This document shows positions 22,514 through 36,190 of a stretch of 64,000 nucleotides of DNA, in pieces. The translations under genes and the position numbers were made by a program. Every line of letters begins with the position of its first letter. Within the stretch, counting starts at the first letter, position 1. Source of the DNA: Lingula anatina (Eukaryota > Animalia > Brachiopoda); contig JBPQGU010000013.1 of assembly GCA_051362555.1 (NCBI GenBank), positions 124,001 to 188,000 of the forward strand, given 5' to 3'. The notes under the pieces are model-generated. The model was not told the DNA's origin. It worked only from the letters and a program-made list of their open reading frames with translations, and made no database searches.

Positions 22514-24436
22514 ATGCCGTACGGTAAAGGTAGCTGGAAAAAACGAAGAAAAAGTGTATTTGTGAAGGGACACAAGCTATACCATGCAAGACAGAAGTCT
22601 GACCAGCCTCCAGAGCCTATTGTGAGAAGATACATCAGACCCAGCCAAGAGTTGTACCAGGCAGCCTCCTCTCCACCCCCTGTCGGGCCGCCAGCAACCC
22701 TCAGCAGCAACCCTGATGCACCCGTCATCCTCAGACCTAGGAGGGCCCAGTCAGAGAGTTTGTCCAGCAGCCAGCCCCAACCCCCAGATGATGAATACAA
22801 GTTGGTTTCACCAGAAAAAATTGTCAATCTGGTCAACAAAGTCTTGTCAGAGCATACAGCTGAGTGCACTGGCTCAATGGTTTGGGACAGAGAGGCAGAA
22901 AGCAAGTGGGGAGTGGCTTGGTCAATGGGACTAAAATGTGACACGTGTCAGTACAGGACAGGGAAACAGAAATTGTACAATGAAGTCGAGAGCAAGCAGC
23001 GTGGCAGGAGAGCAGCAACGGTGAATGCAGGCTTGCAAGTAGGCCTGTCACAAAACATGATCTCCAACACGGCCATGAGGCAGATTCTAATGGCGACCAA
23101 TGTGACCCCGCCCAGTGCATCATCCATGCAAAAGCAAGCAAATAAAGTCGGTGCTGCTATAACCAAGCTTAACAAAGCTGACATGCAACAGCGCCGTGAG
23201 AATCTACGCCGCATTCAAGATCTGAGAGGGTGTGAAGGACAGCCCATAGCAGTGGAAGGAGATGGCAGATATAATAATAGTCTGTTTAGTGGAGGGAACA
23301 AAACACCATACCAGCCAGCCACTCAGACTGTATACACCGTTGCAGAAAATGTAACCAGCAAAAAAGACATCATTGGTGTTTACACCGGAAACAAGTTATG
23401 CCACACAGCTCACCTGCTTAAAAGTAGAGGGGAAGATGTATCCTGTCCAGAGCACAGTGGTATCTGCACGGCGAATCTACGGGAAGACGACAGTATTGGA
23501 GACGAGAAACGTGCCATGCAGCAGATCCTCGAGGAAATTTCTGGAGAGGTCACAGTTGGTGCCTTGACCACTGATGGTGATAGCCGAGCCCACTCTGCAT
23601 GTGATGATGTCGAAAGTCTTCGGGACACGCGCCACTTCAGTAAAGCTCTGAAAAAGCAAATTGAAAAAGCACCATTTTCCGGTCAAGTTTTCCCAGGGAA
23701 AACAAAGTACTCCAGAGACAAGATGCAGAAACGCTTTGCTCAGTGCATAGCAATGCGCTGTTATGCTGAATTCGATGCCTGCTATAAAGCAAATAAAGGG
23801 GACATAGAATTGATTAAAAGAGCACTGAGTTATGTCACTGACTCTATAATTAGTTGTTACAACGGTGATTGTGAAAACTGCTTAAAGTATTCTTATGTAT
23901 GCAAAGGTGGCACGGAAACTATTTTCCCTGAGAAAGGCAAACTAGACTTTAGCAACTCTGAAGATGTGCACATCTTAAGACAGTGCCTAAATTATAGACT
24001 GGGCCCAAGGGCAATTGAATCAACAAAACTTAATACCAACACACAAAAAGTGGAGTCTTTAAACCGGACATTTCAGAAAACTAATAATAAAGTTGTCACC
24101 TTTTCACGGAACTTCGAAGGCAGGATTCACAGTGCAGTTCACTTGAGGAATAATGGACTTAAGCAATCCACTTTGTGTAAGATGGCCTCTGTTGGTGTTA
24201 GGCCCACTTCTTCAGTTGTTAAATATCTGGAGAAAGATGAAAAACAGATGAAAATGAGAGTAAATCACAAAAAGACAGTTGCATTTAAGTTAAGAGCTAG
24301 ACAGAGAATCCTTAGCCGTTACAGAAGATATGACAGATCTAAAGCATTGAAAAGTAATAATGACTACAGAAGATGCATATCTATGCCAAAACTTGTAATT
24401 CCTGATCATAGCTATTCAAAGAGAGCATGTAATTAA
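22514..24436 (+). CDS. Intact DDE transposase, 640 aa
   Basis: Protein identical to 11375-13297. Confidence 0.9.
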   Translation: MPYGKGSWKKRRKSVFVKGHKLYHARQKSDQPPEPIVRRYIRPSQELYQAASSPPPVGPPATLSSNPDAPVILRPRRAQSESLSSSQPQPPDDEYKLVSPEKIVNLVNKVLSEHTAECTGSMVWDREAESKWGVAWSMGLKCDTCQYRTGKQKLYNEVESKQRGRRAATVNAGLQVGLSQNMISNTAMRQILMATNVTPPSASSMQKQANKVGAAITKLNKADMQQRRENLRRIQDLRGCEGQPIAVEGDGRYNNSLFSGGNKTPYQPATQTVYTVAENVTSKKDIIGVYTGNKLCHTAHLLKSRGEDVSCPEHSGICTANLREDDSIGDEKRAMQQILEEISGEVTVGALTTDGDSRAHSACDDVESLRDTRHFSKALKKQIEKAPFSGQVFPGKTKYSRDKMQKRFAQCIAMRCYAEFDACYKANKGDIELIKRALSYVTDSIISCYNGDCENCLKYSYVCKGGTETIFPEKGKLDFSNSEDVHILRQCLNYRLGPRAIESTKLNTNTQKVESLNRTFQKTNNKVVTFSRNFEGRIHSAVHLRNNGLKQSTLCKMASVGVRPTSSVVKYLEKDEKQMKMRVNHKKTVAFKLRARQRILSRYRRYDRSKALKSNNDYRRCISMPKLVIPDHSYSKRACN

Positions 24437-24594
24437 AATAAAAATGTATGATTTTAAGATACTACTCTGTAATAAACTGGTTGTGAAATATGAAAAAAAG
24501 TTTGTTGGTCTTTCTTCTAGTCTTAAAACTTATAAATATAATTGAGAAATCTATAAATTAAGTAAATGTAAATTTAATAATAATAACAATAATA

Positions 24595-24960
24595 TTAATA
24601 ATTATCATGTACACAATTTGGCCCCCGTCTGTGTCTGAGGCACCTGCCCACATTACGACAATGTAATCTGTTATTGTTGATTCATTGAGGCTCTGCTGTG
24701 AGATGATCGGGGTTACAGCACAGACCGACTCCACACGGGTGGAATGTGTAAAACCCTCTCCTAAGCATAAATGCCACCCTGTGCACTCCAACAGTAACAG
24801 AGTGTCTAGCCCCAGGAAATGTAACCCTCCATAACCCATAACGGGCCCCACTGGAACAACTGGTGCCCCCAGTCCACAGCCAACAGTATCCCTCCTGTGT
24901 GTTATGCAATTTTGCATGTAATTTCGCAAGATATACATCCTAGAACTGGTCATTAGCCAT
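24595..24960 (-). pseudogene. His-Me finger endonuclease with two in-frame stops
   Basis: Identical copy. Confidence 0.85.
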
Positions 24961-25059
24961 TTTTTGTGTGAAATGATGCAAGAGCACCCTTTTATGGCCT
25001 GTGCTGCTCTAAATTTAGAAACTAAGCCAAAAGTGAACAGTTGTCACTTTTCCTGTTCA

Positions 25060-25517
25060 GGGGAGAAACCACCAAAATATTTCCCATTGACGACCATACT
25101 AAGAAATGCCTGCAAAACTGCATAAAGAAAATAACTCTGGGAAACATTTCCCATCTCCATGGACAGCAGACACACTGACATAACTCCAAATGGCAAAAAA
25201 ATATACTGTCATCAACTCCGCTGTCTTACCGGCATCACTTGAACATGTGCACCCCTCTGTTTGTAAACAAACCACTGCACCACTCACAGTCAGTAGACCC
25301 TTCCGCCAGAGGTCTCACGACTGCACTGCACCTGTGCCTGGTCCTGAAAAAAAAACTGGCAGTAGTTAACACCCTACTCTGCTAGTTGATACCAAAATTA
25401 ACCCTAGCAACACACAAGAAATGCCAGGAAAAAAATGGAAAAAAGCACTCATTTTTTCTCACTGAACTATATTCGTCTATAACAGGTGCTGATTGGTTGA
25501 TTTGGAGGTTTCTGCCC
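25060..25517 (+). repeat. LTDR module with TIRs
   Basis: Identical copy. Confidence 0.82.
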
Positions 25518-26225
25518 TGAGATTCACACAAACCACCCCCCCTGTTCTTACCTTCTGACACCAAAAATTAAAACCTTAATACACTGCCAACTGCTCCGCC
25601 CAATATGACTGAGAACGGTCTCTTGATGACTGAGCCCTGTCAAGTTGAAAATGTGGTTGCTGTATCGGCCACTCTAGCCAACATTGCACCTGGTGAGAAA
25701 GCATAATTTCATGAGTGATAAAAAGTTAAATGTACATTTCTGTGCCTGAATTTGTTTCAATTGTTTTGAAATTTGGACACCTTATGCTGGACAGGTGTGA
25801 AAATCTGAGATAAGCATCTTAACTGGTTGGGCCTAGTTTAAGTGCACTTTGTTGAGAAATAAAATGTGAAAAGTGGAAAATTACTAATAAAAATATTTTA
25901 AAATATCTAAAAATTACTTAAACTCAAGTGCAAGGTTAATTGTCACAACTGTTGTTTATGTTTGTTTGTGTTTGTTGTGAGGATACAGGAAATGAGCTTC
26001 TTGTCCCTCCCTGCAGAACAATACTCACTGCTAAGCTGTATACCCCCCTCCTGCACTGGGGCCATGCAGTTTGCTGTTTACAGGAAACCCCACTACCAAT
26101 CACTGTTCATACCTTTTGTTGTAATGTATCCTGCTTTCCTGCACACCTGGGAGAGACAATGGGCAGCTGATGCTATAAAATGCCCTGTCTCTGCCTCTGG
26201 ACTCAGAAGTCACTTTCTATCCACC

Positions 26226-28145
26226 ATGCCGTACGGTAAAGGTAGCTGGAAAAAACGAAGAAAAAGTGTATTTGTGAAGGGACACAAGCTATACCATGCA
26301 AGACAGAAGTCTGACCAGCCTCCAGAGCCTATTGTGAGAAGATACATCAGACCCAGCCAAGAGTTGTACCAGGCAGCCTCCTCTCCACCCCCTGTCGGGC
26401 CGCCAGCAACCCTCAGCAGCAACCCTGATGCACCCGTCATCCTCAGACCTAGGAGGGCCCAGTCAGAGAGTTTGTCCAGCAGCCAGCCCCAACCCCCAGA
26501 TGATGAATACAAGTTGGTTTCACCAGAAAAAATTGTCAATCTGGTCAACAAAGTCTTGTCAGAGCATACAGCTGAGTGCACTGGCTCAATGGTTTGGGAC
26601 AGAGAGGCAGAAAGCAAGTGGGGAGTGGCTTGGTCAATGGGACTAAAATGTGACACGTGTCAGTACAGGACAGGGAAACAGAAATTGTACAATGAAGTCG
26701 AGAGCAAGCAGCGTGGCAGGAGAGCAGCAACGGTGAATGCAGGCTTGCAAGTAGGCCTGTCACAAAACATGATCTCCAACACGGCCATGAGGCAGATTCT
26801 AATGGCGACCAATGTGACCCCGCCCAGTGCATCATCCATGCAAAAGCAAGCAAATAAAGTCGGTGCTGCTATAACCAAGCTTAACAAAGCTGACATGCAA
26901 CAGCGCCGTGAGAATCTACGCCGCATTCAAGATCTGAGAGGGTGTGAAGGACAGCCCATAGCAGTGGAAGGAGATGGCAGATATAATAATAGTCTGTTTA
27001 GTGGAGGGAACAAAACACCATACCAGCCAGCCACTCAGACTGTATACACCGTTGCAGAAAATGTAACCAGCAAAAAAGACATCATTGGTGTTTACACCGG
27101 AAACAAGTTATGCCACACAGCTCACCTGCTTAAAAGTAGAGGGGAAGATGTATCCTGTCCAGAGCACAGTGGTATCTGCACGGCGAATCTACGGGAAGAC
27201 GACAGTATTGGAGACGAGAAACGTGCCATGCAGCAGATCCTCGAGGAAATTTCTGGAGAGGTCACAGTTGGTGCCTTGACCACTGATGGTGATAGCCGAG
27301 CCCACTCTGCATGTGATGATGTCGAAAGTCTTCGGGACACGCGCCACTTCAGTAAAGCTCTGAAAAAGCAAATTGAAAAAGCACCATTTTCCGGTCAAGT
27401 TTTCCCAGGGAAAACAAAGTACTCCAGAGACAAGATGCAGAAACGCTTTGCTCAGTGCATAGCAATGCGCTGTTATGCTGAATTCGATGCCTGCTATAAA
27501 GCAAATAAAGGGGACATAGAATTGATTAAAAGAGCACTGAGTTATGTCACTGACTCTATAATTAGTTGTTACAACGGTGATTGTGAAAACTGCTTAAAGT
27601 ATTCTTATGTATGCAAAGGTGGCACGGAAACTATTTTCCCTGAGAAAGGCAAACTAGACTTTAGCAACTCTGAAGATGTGCACATCTTAAGACAGTGCCT
27701 AAATTATAGACTGGGCCAAGGGCAATTGAATCAACAAAACTTAATACCAACACACAAAAAGTGGAGTCTTTAAACCGGACATTTCAGAAAACTAATAATA
27801 AAGTTGTCACCTTTTCACGGAACTTCGAAGGCAGGATTCACAGTGCAGTTCACTTGAGGAATAATGGACTTAAGCAATCCACTTTGTGTAAGATGGCCTC
27901 TGTTGGTGTTAGGCCCACTTCTTCAGTGTTAAATATCTGGAGAAAGATGAAAAACAGATGAAAATGAGAGTAAATTCACTAAAAGACAGTTGCATTTAAG
28001 TTAAGAGCTAACAGAGAATCCTTAGCCGTTACAGAAGATATGACAGATCTAAAGCATTGAAAAGTAATAATGACTACAGAAGATGCATATCTATGCCAAA
28101 ACTTGTATTCCTGATCATAGCTATTCAAAGAGAGCATGTAATTAA
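26226..28145 (+). pseudogene. DDE transposase copy 8, frameshifts in the 3' part
   Basis: ORF 25962-27773 followed by fragments; 1-bp indels. Confidence 0.8.
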
Positions 28146-28304
28146 AATAAAAATGTATGATTTTAAGATACTACTCTGTAATAAACTGGTTGTGAAATAT
28201 GAAAAAAAGTTTGTTGGTCTTTCTTCTAGTCTTAAAACTTATAAATATAATTGAGAAATCTATAAATTAAGTAAATGTAAATTTTAATAATAATAACAAT
28301 AATA

Positions 28305-28672
28305 TTAATAATTATCATGTACACAATTTGGGCCCCCGTCTGTGTCTGAGGCACCTGCCCACATTACGACAATGTAATCTGTTATTGTTGATTCATTGAG
28401 GCTCTGCTGTGAGATGATCGGGGTTACAGCACAGACCGACTCCACACGGGTGGAATGTGTAAAACCCTCTCCTAAGCATAAATGCCACCCTGTGCACTCC
28501 AACAGTAACAGAGTGTCTAGCCCCAGGAAATGTAACCCTCCATAACCCATAACGGGCCCCACTGGAACAAACTGGTGCCCCCAGTCCACAGCCAACAGTA
28601 TCCCTCCTGTGTGTTATGCAATTTTGCATGTAATTTCGCAAGATATACATCCTAGAACTGGTCATTAGCCAT
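28305..28672 (-). pseudogene. His-Me finger endonuclease copy
   Basis: Same two stops plus 1-bp indels. Confidence 0.78.
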
Positions 28673-28772
28673 TTTTTGTTGTGAAATGATGCAAGAGCAC
28701 CCTTTTATGGCCTGTGCTGCTCTAAATTTAGAAACTAAGCCAAAAGTGAACAGTTGTCACTTTTCCTGTTCA

Positions 28773-29226
28773 GGGAGAAACACCAAAATATTTCCCATTG
28801 ACGACCATACTAAGAAATGCCTGCAAAACTGCATAAAGAAAATAACTCTGGGAAACATTTCCATCTCCATGGACAGCAGACACACTGACATAACTCAAAT
28901 GGCAAAAAAATATACTGTCATCAACTCCGCTGTCTTACCGGCATCACTTGAACATGTGCACCCCTCTGTTTGTAAACAACCACTGCACCACTCACAGTCA
29001 GTAGACCCTTCCGCCAGAGGTCTCACGACTGCACTGCACCTGTGCCTGGTCCTGAAAAAAAAAACTGGCAGTAGTTAACACCCTACTCTGCTAGTTGATA
29101 CCAAAATTAACCCTAGCAACACACAAGAAATGCCAGGAAAAAAATGGAAAAAAGCACTCATTTTTTCTCACTGAACTATATTCGTCTATAACAGGTGCTG
29201 ATTGGTTGATTTGGAGGTTTCTGCCC
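28773..29226 (+). repeat. LTDR module flanked by TTCA on both sides
   Basis: TTCA at 28769-28772 and 29227-29230. Confidence 0.75.
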
Positions 29227-29932
29227 TTCACACAAACCACCCCCCCTGTTCTTACCTTCTGACACCAAAAATTAAAACCTTAATACACTGCCAACTGCTC
29301 CGCCCATATATGACTGAGAACGGTCTCTTGATGACTGAGCCCTGTCAAGTTGAAAATGTGGTTGCTGTATCGGCCACTCTAGCCAACATTGCACCTGGTG
29401 AGAAAGCATAATTTCATGAGTGATAAAAAGTTTAAATGTACATTTCTGTGCCTGAATTTGTTTCAATTGTTTTGAAATTTGGACACCTTATGCTGGACAG
29501 GTGTGAAAATCTGAGATAAGCATCTTAACTGGTTGGGCCTAGTTTAAGTGCACTTTGTTGAGAAATAAAATGTGAAATAGTGGAAAATTACTAATAAAAA
29601 TATTTTAAAATATCTAAAAATTACTTAAACTCAAGTGCAAGGTTAATTGTCACAACTGTTGTTTATGTTTGTTTGTGTTTGTTGTGAGGATACAGGAAAT
29701 GAGCTTCTTGTCCCTCCCTGCAGAACAATACTCACTGCTAAGCTGTATACCCCCCTCCTGCACTGGGGCCATGCAGTTTGCTGTTTACAGGAAACCCCAC
29801 TACCAATCACTGTTCATACCTTTTGTTGTAATGTATCCTGCTTTCCTGCACACCTGGGAGAGACAATGGGCAGCTGATGCTATAAAATGCCCTGTCTCTG
29901 CCTCTGGACTCAGAAGTCACTTTCTATCCACC

Positions 29933-31856
29933 ATGCCGTACGGTAAAGGTAGCTGGAAAAAACGAAGAAAAAGTGTATTTGTGAAGGGACACAAGCTATA
30001 CCATGCAAGACAGAAGTCTGACCAGCCTCCAGAGCCTATTGTGAGAAGATACATCAGACCCAGCCAAGAGTTGTACCAGGCAGCCTCCTCTCCACCCCCT
30101 GTCGGGCCGCCAGCAACCCTCAGCAGCAACCCTGATGCACCCGTCATCCTCAGACCTAGGAGGGCCCAGTCAGAGAGTTTGTCCAGCAGCCAGCCCCAAC
30201 CCCCCAGATGATGAATACAAGTTGGTTTCACCAGAAAAAAATTGTCAATCTGGTCAACAAAGTCTTGTCAGAGCATACAGCTGAGTGCACTGGCTCTATG
30301 GTTTGGGACAGAGAGGCGAAAGCAAGTGGGGAGTGGCTTGGTCAATGGGACTAAAATGTGACACGTGTCAGTACAGGACAGGGAAACAGAAATTGTACAA
30401 TGAAGTCGAGAGCAAGCAGCGTGCAGGAGAGCAGCAACGGTGAATGCAGGCTTGCAAGTAGGCCTGTCACAAAACATGATCTCCAACACGGCCATGAGGC
30501 AGATTCTAATGGCGACCAATGTGACCCCGCCCAGTGCATCATCCATGCAAAAGCAAGCAAATAAAGTCGGTGCTGCTATAACCAAGCTTAACAAAGCTGA
30601 CATGCAACAGCGCCGTGAGAATCTACGCCGCATTCAAGATCTGAGAGGGTGTGAATGGACAGCCCATAGCAGTGGAAGGAGATGGCAGATATAATAATAG
30701 TCTGTTTAGTGGAGGGAACAAAACACCATACCAGCCAGCCACTCAGACTGTATACACCGTTGCAGAAAATGTAACCAGCAAAAAAGACATCATTGGTGTT
30801 TACACCGGAAACAAGTTATGCCACACAGCTCACCTGCTTAAAAGTAGAGGGGAAGATGTATCCTGTCCAGAGCACAGTGGTATCTGCACGGCGAATCTAC
30901 GGGAAGACGACAGTATTGGAGACGAGAAACGTGCCATGCAGCAGATCCTCGAGGAAATTTCTGGAGAGGTCACAGTTGGTGCCTTGACCACTGATGGTGA
31001 TAGCCGAGCCCACTCTGCATGTGATGATGTCGAAAGTCTTCGGGACACGCGCCACTTCAGTAAAGCTCTGAAAAAGCAAATTGAAAAAGCACCATTTTCC
31101 GGTCAAGTTTTCCCAGGGAAAACAAAGTACTCCAGAGACAAGATGCAGAAACGCTTTGCTCAGTGCATAGCAATGCGCTGTTATGCTGAATTCGATGCCT
31201 GCTATAAAGCAAATAAAGGGGACATAGAATTGATTAAAAGAGCACTGAGTTATGTCACTGACTCTATAATTAGTTGTTACAACGGTGATTGTGAAAACTG
31301 CTTAAAGTATTCTTATGTATGCAAAGGTGGCACGGAAACTATTTTCCCTGAGAAAGGCAAAACTAGACTTTAGCAACTCTGAAGATGTGCACATCTTAAG
31401 ACAGTGCCTAAATTATAGACTGGGGCCCAAGGGCAATTGAATCAACAAACTTAATACCAACACACAAAAAGTGGAGTCTTTAAACCGGACATTTCAGATA
31501 ACTAATAATAAAGTTGTCACCTTTTCACGGAACTTCGAAGGCAGGATTCACAGTGCAGTTCACTTGAGGAATAATGGACTTAAGCAATCCACTTTGTGTA
31601 AGATGGCCTCTGTTGGTGTTAGGCCCACTTCTTCAGTTGTTAAATATCTGGAGAAAGATGAAAAACAGATGAAAATGAGAGTAAATCACAAAAAGACAGT
31701 TGCATTTAAGTTAAGAGCTAGACAGAGAATCCTTAGCCGTTACAGAAGATATGACAGATCTAAAGCATTGAAAAGTAATAATGACTACAGAAGATGCATA
31801 TCTATGCAAAACTTGTAATTCCTGATCATAGCTATTCAAAGAGAGCATGTAATTAA
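29933..31856 (+). pseudogene. DDE transposase copy 9, multiple 1-bp indels
   Basis: ORF fragments 29669-30211, 30440-30694, 30651-31373 and 31471-31818. Confidence 0.8.
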
Positions 31857-32013
31857 AATAAAAATGTATGATTTTAAGATACTACTCTGTAATAAACTGG
31901 TTGTGAAATATGAAAAAAAGTTTGTTGGTCTTTCTTCTAGTCTTAAAACTTATAAATATAATTGAGAAATCTATAAATTAAGTAAATGTAATTTAATAAT
32001 AATAACAATAATA

Positions 32014-32381
32014 TTAATAATTATCATGTACACAATTTGGCCCCCGTCTGTGTCTGAGGCACCTGCCCACATTACGACAATGTAATCTGTTATTGTTGAT
32101 TCATTGAGGCTCTGCTGTGAGATGATCGGGGTTACAGCACAGACCGACTCCACACGGGTGGAATGTGTAAAACCCTCTCCTAAGCAATAAATGCCACCCT
32201 GTGCACTCCAACAGTAACAGAGTGTCTAGCCCCAGGAAATGTAACCCTCCCATAACCCATAACGGGCCCCACTGGAACAACTGGTGCCCCAGTCCCACAG
32301 CCAACAGTATCCCTCCTGTGTGTTATGCAATTTTGCATGTAATTTCGCAAGATATACATCCTAGAACTGGTCATTAGCCAT
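32014..32381 (-). pseudogene. His-Me finger endonuclease copy
   Basis: Same two stops plus indels. Confidence 0.75.
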
Positions 32382-33182
32382 TTTTTGTGTGAAATGATGC
32401 AAGAGCACCCTTTTATGGCCTGTGCTGCTCTAAATTTAGAAACTAAGCCAAAAGTGAACAGATTCACACAAACCACCCCCCCTGTTCTTACCTTCTGACA
32501 CCAAAAATTAAAACCTTAATACACTGCCAACTGCTCCGCCCAATATGACTGAGAACGGTCTCTTGATGACTGAGCCCTGTCAAGTTGAAAAATGTGGTTG
32601 CTGTATCGGCCACTCTAGCCAAAGCATTGCACCTGGTTGTAGGGGTTGAGAAAGCATAATTTCATGAGTGATAAAAAGTTAAATGTACATTTCTGTGCCT
32701 GAATTTGTTTCAATTGTTTTGAATTTGGACACCTTATGCTGGACAGGTTGTGAAAATCTGAGATAAGCATCTTAACTGGTATGGGGCCTAGTTTAAGTGC
32801 ACTATGTTGAGAACTAAAATGTGAAAAGTGGAAAATTACTAATAAAAATTATTTTAAAATATCTAAAATTACGTTAACTCAAGTGCAAGGTTAATTGTCA
32901 CAACTGTTGTTTATGTTTGTTTGTGTTTGTTGTGAGGATACAGGAAAAGGAGCTTCTTGTCCCTCCCCTGCAGAACAATACTCACTGCTAAGCTGTATAC
33001 CCCCCTCCTGCACTGGGGCCATGCAGTTTGCTGTTTACAGGAAACCCCACTACCAATCACTGTTCATACCTTTTGTTGTAATGTATCCTGCTTTCCTGCA
33101 CACCTGGGAGAGACAATGGGCAGCTGATGCTATAAAATGCCCTGTCTCTGCCTCTGGACTCAGAAGACACTTTCTATCCACC

Positions 33183-35110
33183 ATGCGTACGGTTAAAGGT
33201 AGCTGGAAAAAAACGAAGAAAAAGTGTATTTGTGAAGGGACACAAGCTATACCATGCAAGACAGAAGTCTGACCAGCCTCCAGAGCCTATTGTGAGAAGA
33301 TACATCAGACCCAGCCAAGAGTTGTACCAGGCAGCCTCCTCTCCACCCCCTGTCGGGCCGCCAGCAACCCTCAGCAGCAACCCTGATGCACCCGTCATCC
33401 TCAGACCTAGGAGGGCCCAGTCAGAGAGTTTGTCCAGCAGCCAGCCCCAACCCCCAGATGATGAATACAAGTTGGTTTCACCAGAAAAAATTGTCAATCT
33501 GGTCAACAAAGTCTTGTCAGAGCATACAGCTGAGTGCACTGGCTCAATGGTTTGGGACAGAGAGGCAGAAAGCAAGTGGGGAGTGGCTTGGTCAATGGGA
33601 CTAAAATGTGGACACGTGTCAGTACAGGACAGGGAAACAGAAATTGTACAATGAAGTCGAGAGCAAGCAGCGTGGCAGGAGAGCAGCAACGGTGAATGCA
33701 GGCTTGCAAGTAGGCCTGTCACAAAACATGATCTCCAACACGGCCATGAGGCAGATTCTAATGGCGACCAATGTGACCCCGCCCAGTGCATCATCCATGC
33801 AAAAGCAAGCAAATAAAGTCGGTGCTGCTATAACCAAGCTTAACAAAGCTGACATGCAACAGCGCCGTGAGAATCTACGCCGCATTCAAGATCTGAGAGG
33901 GTGTGAAGGACAGCCCATAGCAGTGGAAGGAGATGGCAGATATAATAATAGTCTGTTTAGTGGAGGGAACAAAACACCATACCAGCCAGCCACTCAGACT
34001 GTATACACCGTTGCAGAAAATGTAACCAGCAAAAAAGACATCATTGGTGTTTACACCGGAAACAAGTTATGCCACACAGCTCACCTGCTTAAAAGTAGAG
34101 GGGAAGATGTATCCTGTCCAGAGCACAGTGGTATCTGCACGGCGAATCTACGGGAAGACGACAGTATTGGAGACGAGAAACGTGCCAATGCAGCAGATCC
34201 TCGAGGAAATTTCTGGAGAGGTCACAGTTGGTGCCTTGACCACTGATGGTGATAGCCGAGCCCACTCTGCATGTGATGATGTCGAAAGTCTTCGGGACAC
34301 GCGCCACTTCAGTAAAGCTCTGAAAAAGCAAATTGAAAAAGCACCATTTTCCGGTCCAAGTTTTCCCAGGGAAAACAAAGTACTCCAGAGACAAGATGCA
34401 GAAACGCTTTGCTCAGTGCATAGCAATGCGCTGTTATGCTGAATTCGATGCCTGCTATAAAGCAAATAAGGGGACATAGAATTGATTAAAAGAGCACTGA
34501 GTTATGTCACTGACTCTATAATTAGTTGTTACAACGGTGATTGTGAAAACTGCTTAAAGTATTCTTATGTATGCAAAGGTGGCACGGAAACTATTTTCCC
34601 TGAGAAAGGCAAACTAGACTTTAGCAACTCTGAAGATGTGCACATCTTAAGACAGTGCCTAAATTATAGACTGGGCCCCAAGGGCAATTGAATCAACAAA
34701 ACTTAATACCAACACACAAAAAGTGGAGTCTTTAAACCGGACATTTCAGAAAACTAATAATAAAGTTGTCACCTTTTCACGGAACTTCGAAGGCAGGATT
34801 CACAGTGCAGTTCACTTGAGGAATAATGGACTTAAGCAATCCACTTTGTGTAAGATGGCCTCTGTTGGTGTTAGGCCCACTTCTTCAGTTGTTAAATATC
34901 TGGAGAAAGATGAAAAACAGATGAAAATGAGAGTAAATCACAAAAAGACAGTTGCATTTAAGTTTAAGAGCTAGACAGAGAATCCTTAGCCGTTACAGAA
35001 GATATGACAGATCTAAAGCATTGAAAAGTAATAATGACTACAGAAGATGCATATCTATGCCAAAACTTGTAATTCCTGATCATAGCTATTCAAAGAGAGC
35101 ATGTAATTAA
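33183..35110 (+). pseudogene. DDE transposase copy 10, multiple 1-bp indels
   Basis: ORF fragments from 33232 to 34974 match the intact protein. Confidence 0.8.
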
Positions 35111-35267
35111 AATAAAAATGTATGATTTTAAGATACTACTCTGTAATAAACTGGTTGTGAATATGAAAAAAAGTTTGTTGGTCTTTCTTCTAGTCTTAAA
35201 ACTTATAAATATAATTGAGAAATCTATAAATTAAGTAAATGTAAATTTAATAATAATAACAATAATA

Positions 35268-35632
35268 TTAATAATTATCATGTACACAATTTGGCCCCCG
35301 TCTGTGTCTGAGGCACCTGCCCACATTACGACAATGTAATCTGTTATTGTTGATTCATTGAGGCTCTGCTGTGAGATGATCGGGGTTACAGCACAGACCG
35401 ACTCCACACGGGTGGAATGTGTAAAACCCTCTCCTAAGCATAAATGCCACCCTGTGCACTCCAACAGTAACAGAGTGTCTAGCCCCAGGAAATGTAACCC
35501 TCCATAACCCATAACGGGCCCCACTGGAACAACTGGTGCCCCCAGTCCACAGCCAACAGTATCCCTCTGTGTGTTATGCAATTTTGCATGTAATTTCGCA
35601 AGATATACATCCTAGAACTGGTCATTAGCCAT
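35268..35632 (-). pseudogene. His-Me finger endonuclease copy
   Basis: Same two stops, one indel. Confidence 0.78.
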
Positions 35633-35731
35633 TTTTTGTGTGAAATGATGCAAGAGCACCCTTTTATGGCCTGTGCTGCTCTAAATTTAGAAACTAAGCC
35701 AAAAGTGAACAGTTGTCACTTTTCCTGTTCA

Positions 35732-36190
35732 GGGGAGAAACCACCAAAATATTTCCCATTGACGACCATACTAAGAAATGCCTGCAAAACTGCATAAAGA
35801 AAATAACTCTGGGAAACATTTCCCATCTCCATGGACAGCAGACACACTGACATAACTCCAAATGGCAAAAAAATATACTGTCATCAACTCCGCTGTCTTA
35901 CCGGCATCACTTGAACATGTGCACCCCTCTGTTTGTAAACAAACCACTGCACCACTCACAGTCAGTAGACCCTTCCGCCAGAGGTCTCACGACTGCACTG
36001 CACCTGTGCCTGGTCCTGAAAAAAAAAACTGGCAGTAGTTAACACCCTACTCTGCTAGTTGATACCAAAATTAACCCTAGCAACACACAAGAAATGCCAG
36101 GAAAAAAATGGAAAAAAGCACTCATTTTTTCTCACTGAACTATATTCGTCTATAACAGGTGCTGATTGGTTGATTTGGAGGTTTCTGCCC
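35732..36190 (+). repeat. LTDR module with TIRs
   Basis: Copy of 13921-14378. Confidence 0.8.
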
